17,561 nucleotides of DNA. It comes from an uncultured Anaerolineales bacterium. GTDB taxonomy: Bacteria > Chloroflexota > Anaerolineae > Epilineales > Epilineaceae. Made by a program: the position numbers and the translations under genes. The notes under the pieces were generated by a model. It was not told the DNA's origin and did no database searches. It worked only from the letters and a program-made list of their open reading frames with translations. The stretch spans positions 1 through 17,561 of the forward strand of contig CAZXNP010000009.1 of the NCBI GenBank assembly GCA_964642035.1. The letters are read 5' to 3'. Shown one piece after another: positions 16,714-17,561 of this stretch (positions are counted from its first letter, which is position 1; every line of letters starts with the position of its first letter).

Positions 16714-17561
16714 ATGTTTCGTCCCAACGAGAAGTTGATGCGGGCGCGGGTAGTAAGTATCTCGAGCGGCGCACTTGCCTTGGCGGCGGTTCTAGCAGTG
16801 GCGGCATTTGCCAGGGTCGGGGTGGCCGATGCCGCCCCGGGGCGGCCAGTGCATGACGCCGCGGGCCTGGTGAGCTTCGCCCAGAGCCCCCTATTCAATT
16901 CCCCGACCCTCGAGGTCATCGACCCGCCGGCCTGTATCGTTCCAGGCACGGTTGTAGTCTTCAATGTTCGTATTCGAAACATTGGCGGGGCTGAGCAGCC
17001 CGACAACCCGGGGCCTGAACTCATAGTCATGTTCCCGCCCGAATTGGAGCCCACCACGTGTAGCATCAATCAGGGTGGAGGCACCTGCACCGTCAACGGT
17101 CAGCAGGTTGAGTGGAACGGCTCCATACCAGCCGGTGGTTTGGTGGTAATCGCGATTACCGCCCGCGTGACCATCCTCGCTCAGCCGGCCGAGCAGGCAT
17201 GTGTCACCTCCACCGTCTTCTTCGACCAGAATCTGGACGGCATCAACGAGACTTCGAGGTCGGCCACGGAGTGCGTAGACATCTTCTGTCCAGAACTCGA
17301 CGGTCAGGTGCACCTGCCGATCCTCAATTTCGAGGGGCAGAACGACGTTTGTCGCTCGTGGATCGAGGTGCAGAATATGGGTAGCGAGTACTCCAAGGCG
17401 GCCCTGGTCACCTGGGGGGAGCCAGGCTTCTGCCCGCCCCAGTGCGCCGGGCCCCTGAAGGTCGAGTGTTCCGGGTTGTTGAAGCCGGGGAGCACGTGGA
17501 ACTTCCTGGGCGCCCAGGTGCCCTCGGGCTCCAAGAGCGGCATCCTGTTCAGCTTCACCGC
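16714..17561 (+). CDS. Secreted cell-surface protein with DUF11 (conserved repeat) domain(s), 5' partial (runs off window)
   Basis: The + frame is open from ATG 16714 (GAGGAG 4 nt upstream) to the window end; I checked this codon by codon. It has the signal peptide 'MRARVVSISSGALALAAVLAVAAFARVGVADA'. The DUF11-like 'CIVPGTVVVFNVRIRNIGGAEQPDNPGPELIVMFPPELEPTTCSINQGGGTCTVNG...GGLVVIAITARVT' follows. It is absent from the track because there is no in-window stop. Confidence 0.6.
   Translation, partial: MFRPNEKLMRARVVSISSGALALAAVLAVAAFARVGVADAAPGRPVHDAAGLVSFAQSPLFNSPTLEVIDPPACIVPGTVVVFNVRIRNIGGAEQPDNPGPELIVMFPPELEPTTCSINQGGGTCTVNGQQVEWNGSIPAGGLVVIAITARVTILAQPAEQACVTSTVFFDQNLDGINETSRSATECVDIFCPELDGQVHLPILNFEGQNDVCRSWIEVQNMGSEYSKAALVTWGEPGFCPPQCAGPLKVECSGLLKPGSTWNFLGAQVPSGSKSGILFSFT

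Noticed and set aside
16521-17558. Minus-strand ORFs 16521..17069, 16891..17313 and 17304..17558
   Set aside because: The + frame from 16714 is open to the window end and encodes a signal peptide plus a DUF11-like domain. The minus ORFs have no motifs.

Overview
This is a high-GC window (roughly 65-70% GC, with a visibly lower-GC tail after ~16.5 kb). Coding density is high and almost every real gene is on the + strand. Many long antisense ORFs in the track are the usual high-GC artefacts.

The core is a complete tight-adherence (Tad/Flp) pilus locus of the secretin-less, monoderm type:
- tadZ/cpaE, cpaB, tadA/cpaF, tadB and tadC.
- A strong consensus sigma-70-like promoter.
- Two tandem Flp pilin genes separated by a perfect 36-nt palindrome.
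- The tadV prepilin peptidase.
- Three TadE-like pseudopilin genes, two of them with unusual Cys/Pro-rich or Pro/Thr-rich C-terminal tails.

Upstream of both Tad transcription units there are arrays of the pentamer GTCAG. Ahead of tadZ the array is phased at exactly 11 bp.

At the 5' edge, on the minus strand, there is a partial NACHT/STAND-type P-loop NTPase gene that the ORF track misses. The track shows only its antisense ORFs.

Downstream of the pilus locus are housekeeping genes:
- A 7Fe-type ferredoxin.
- A convergent DoxX membrane protein.
- A PhzF-family isomerase tightly coupled to an archaeal/Thermus-type prolyl-tRNA synthetase.
- An isolated imidazolonepropionase (hutI).
- A 39-aa small membrane ORF (with a strong RBS) convergent with hutI.
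- An nfeD-floT flotillin operon.
- The 5' part of a secreted DUF11 (conserved repeat domain) surface protein.

No tRNA, rRNA, CRISPR array or mobile element was recognised.
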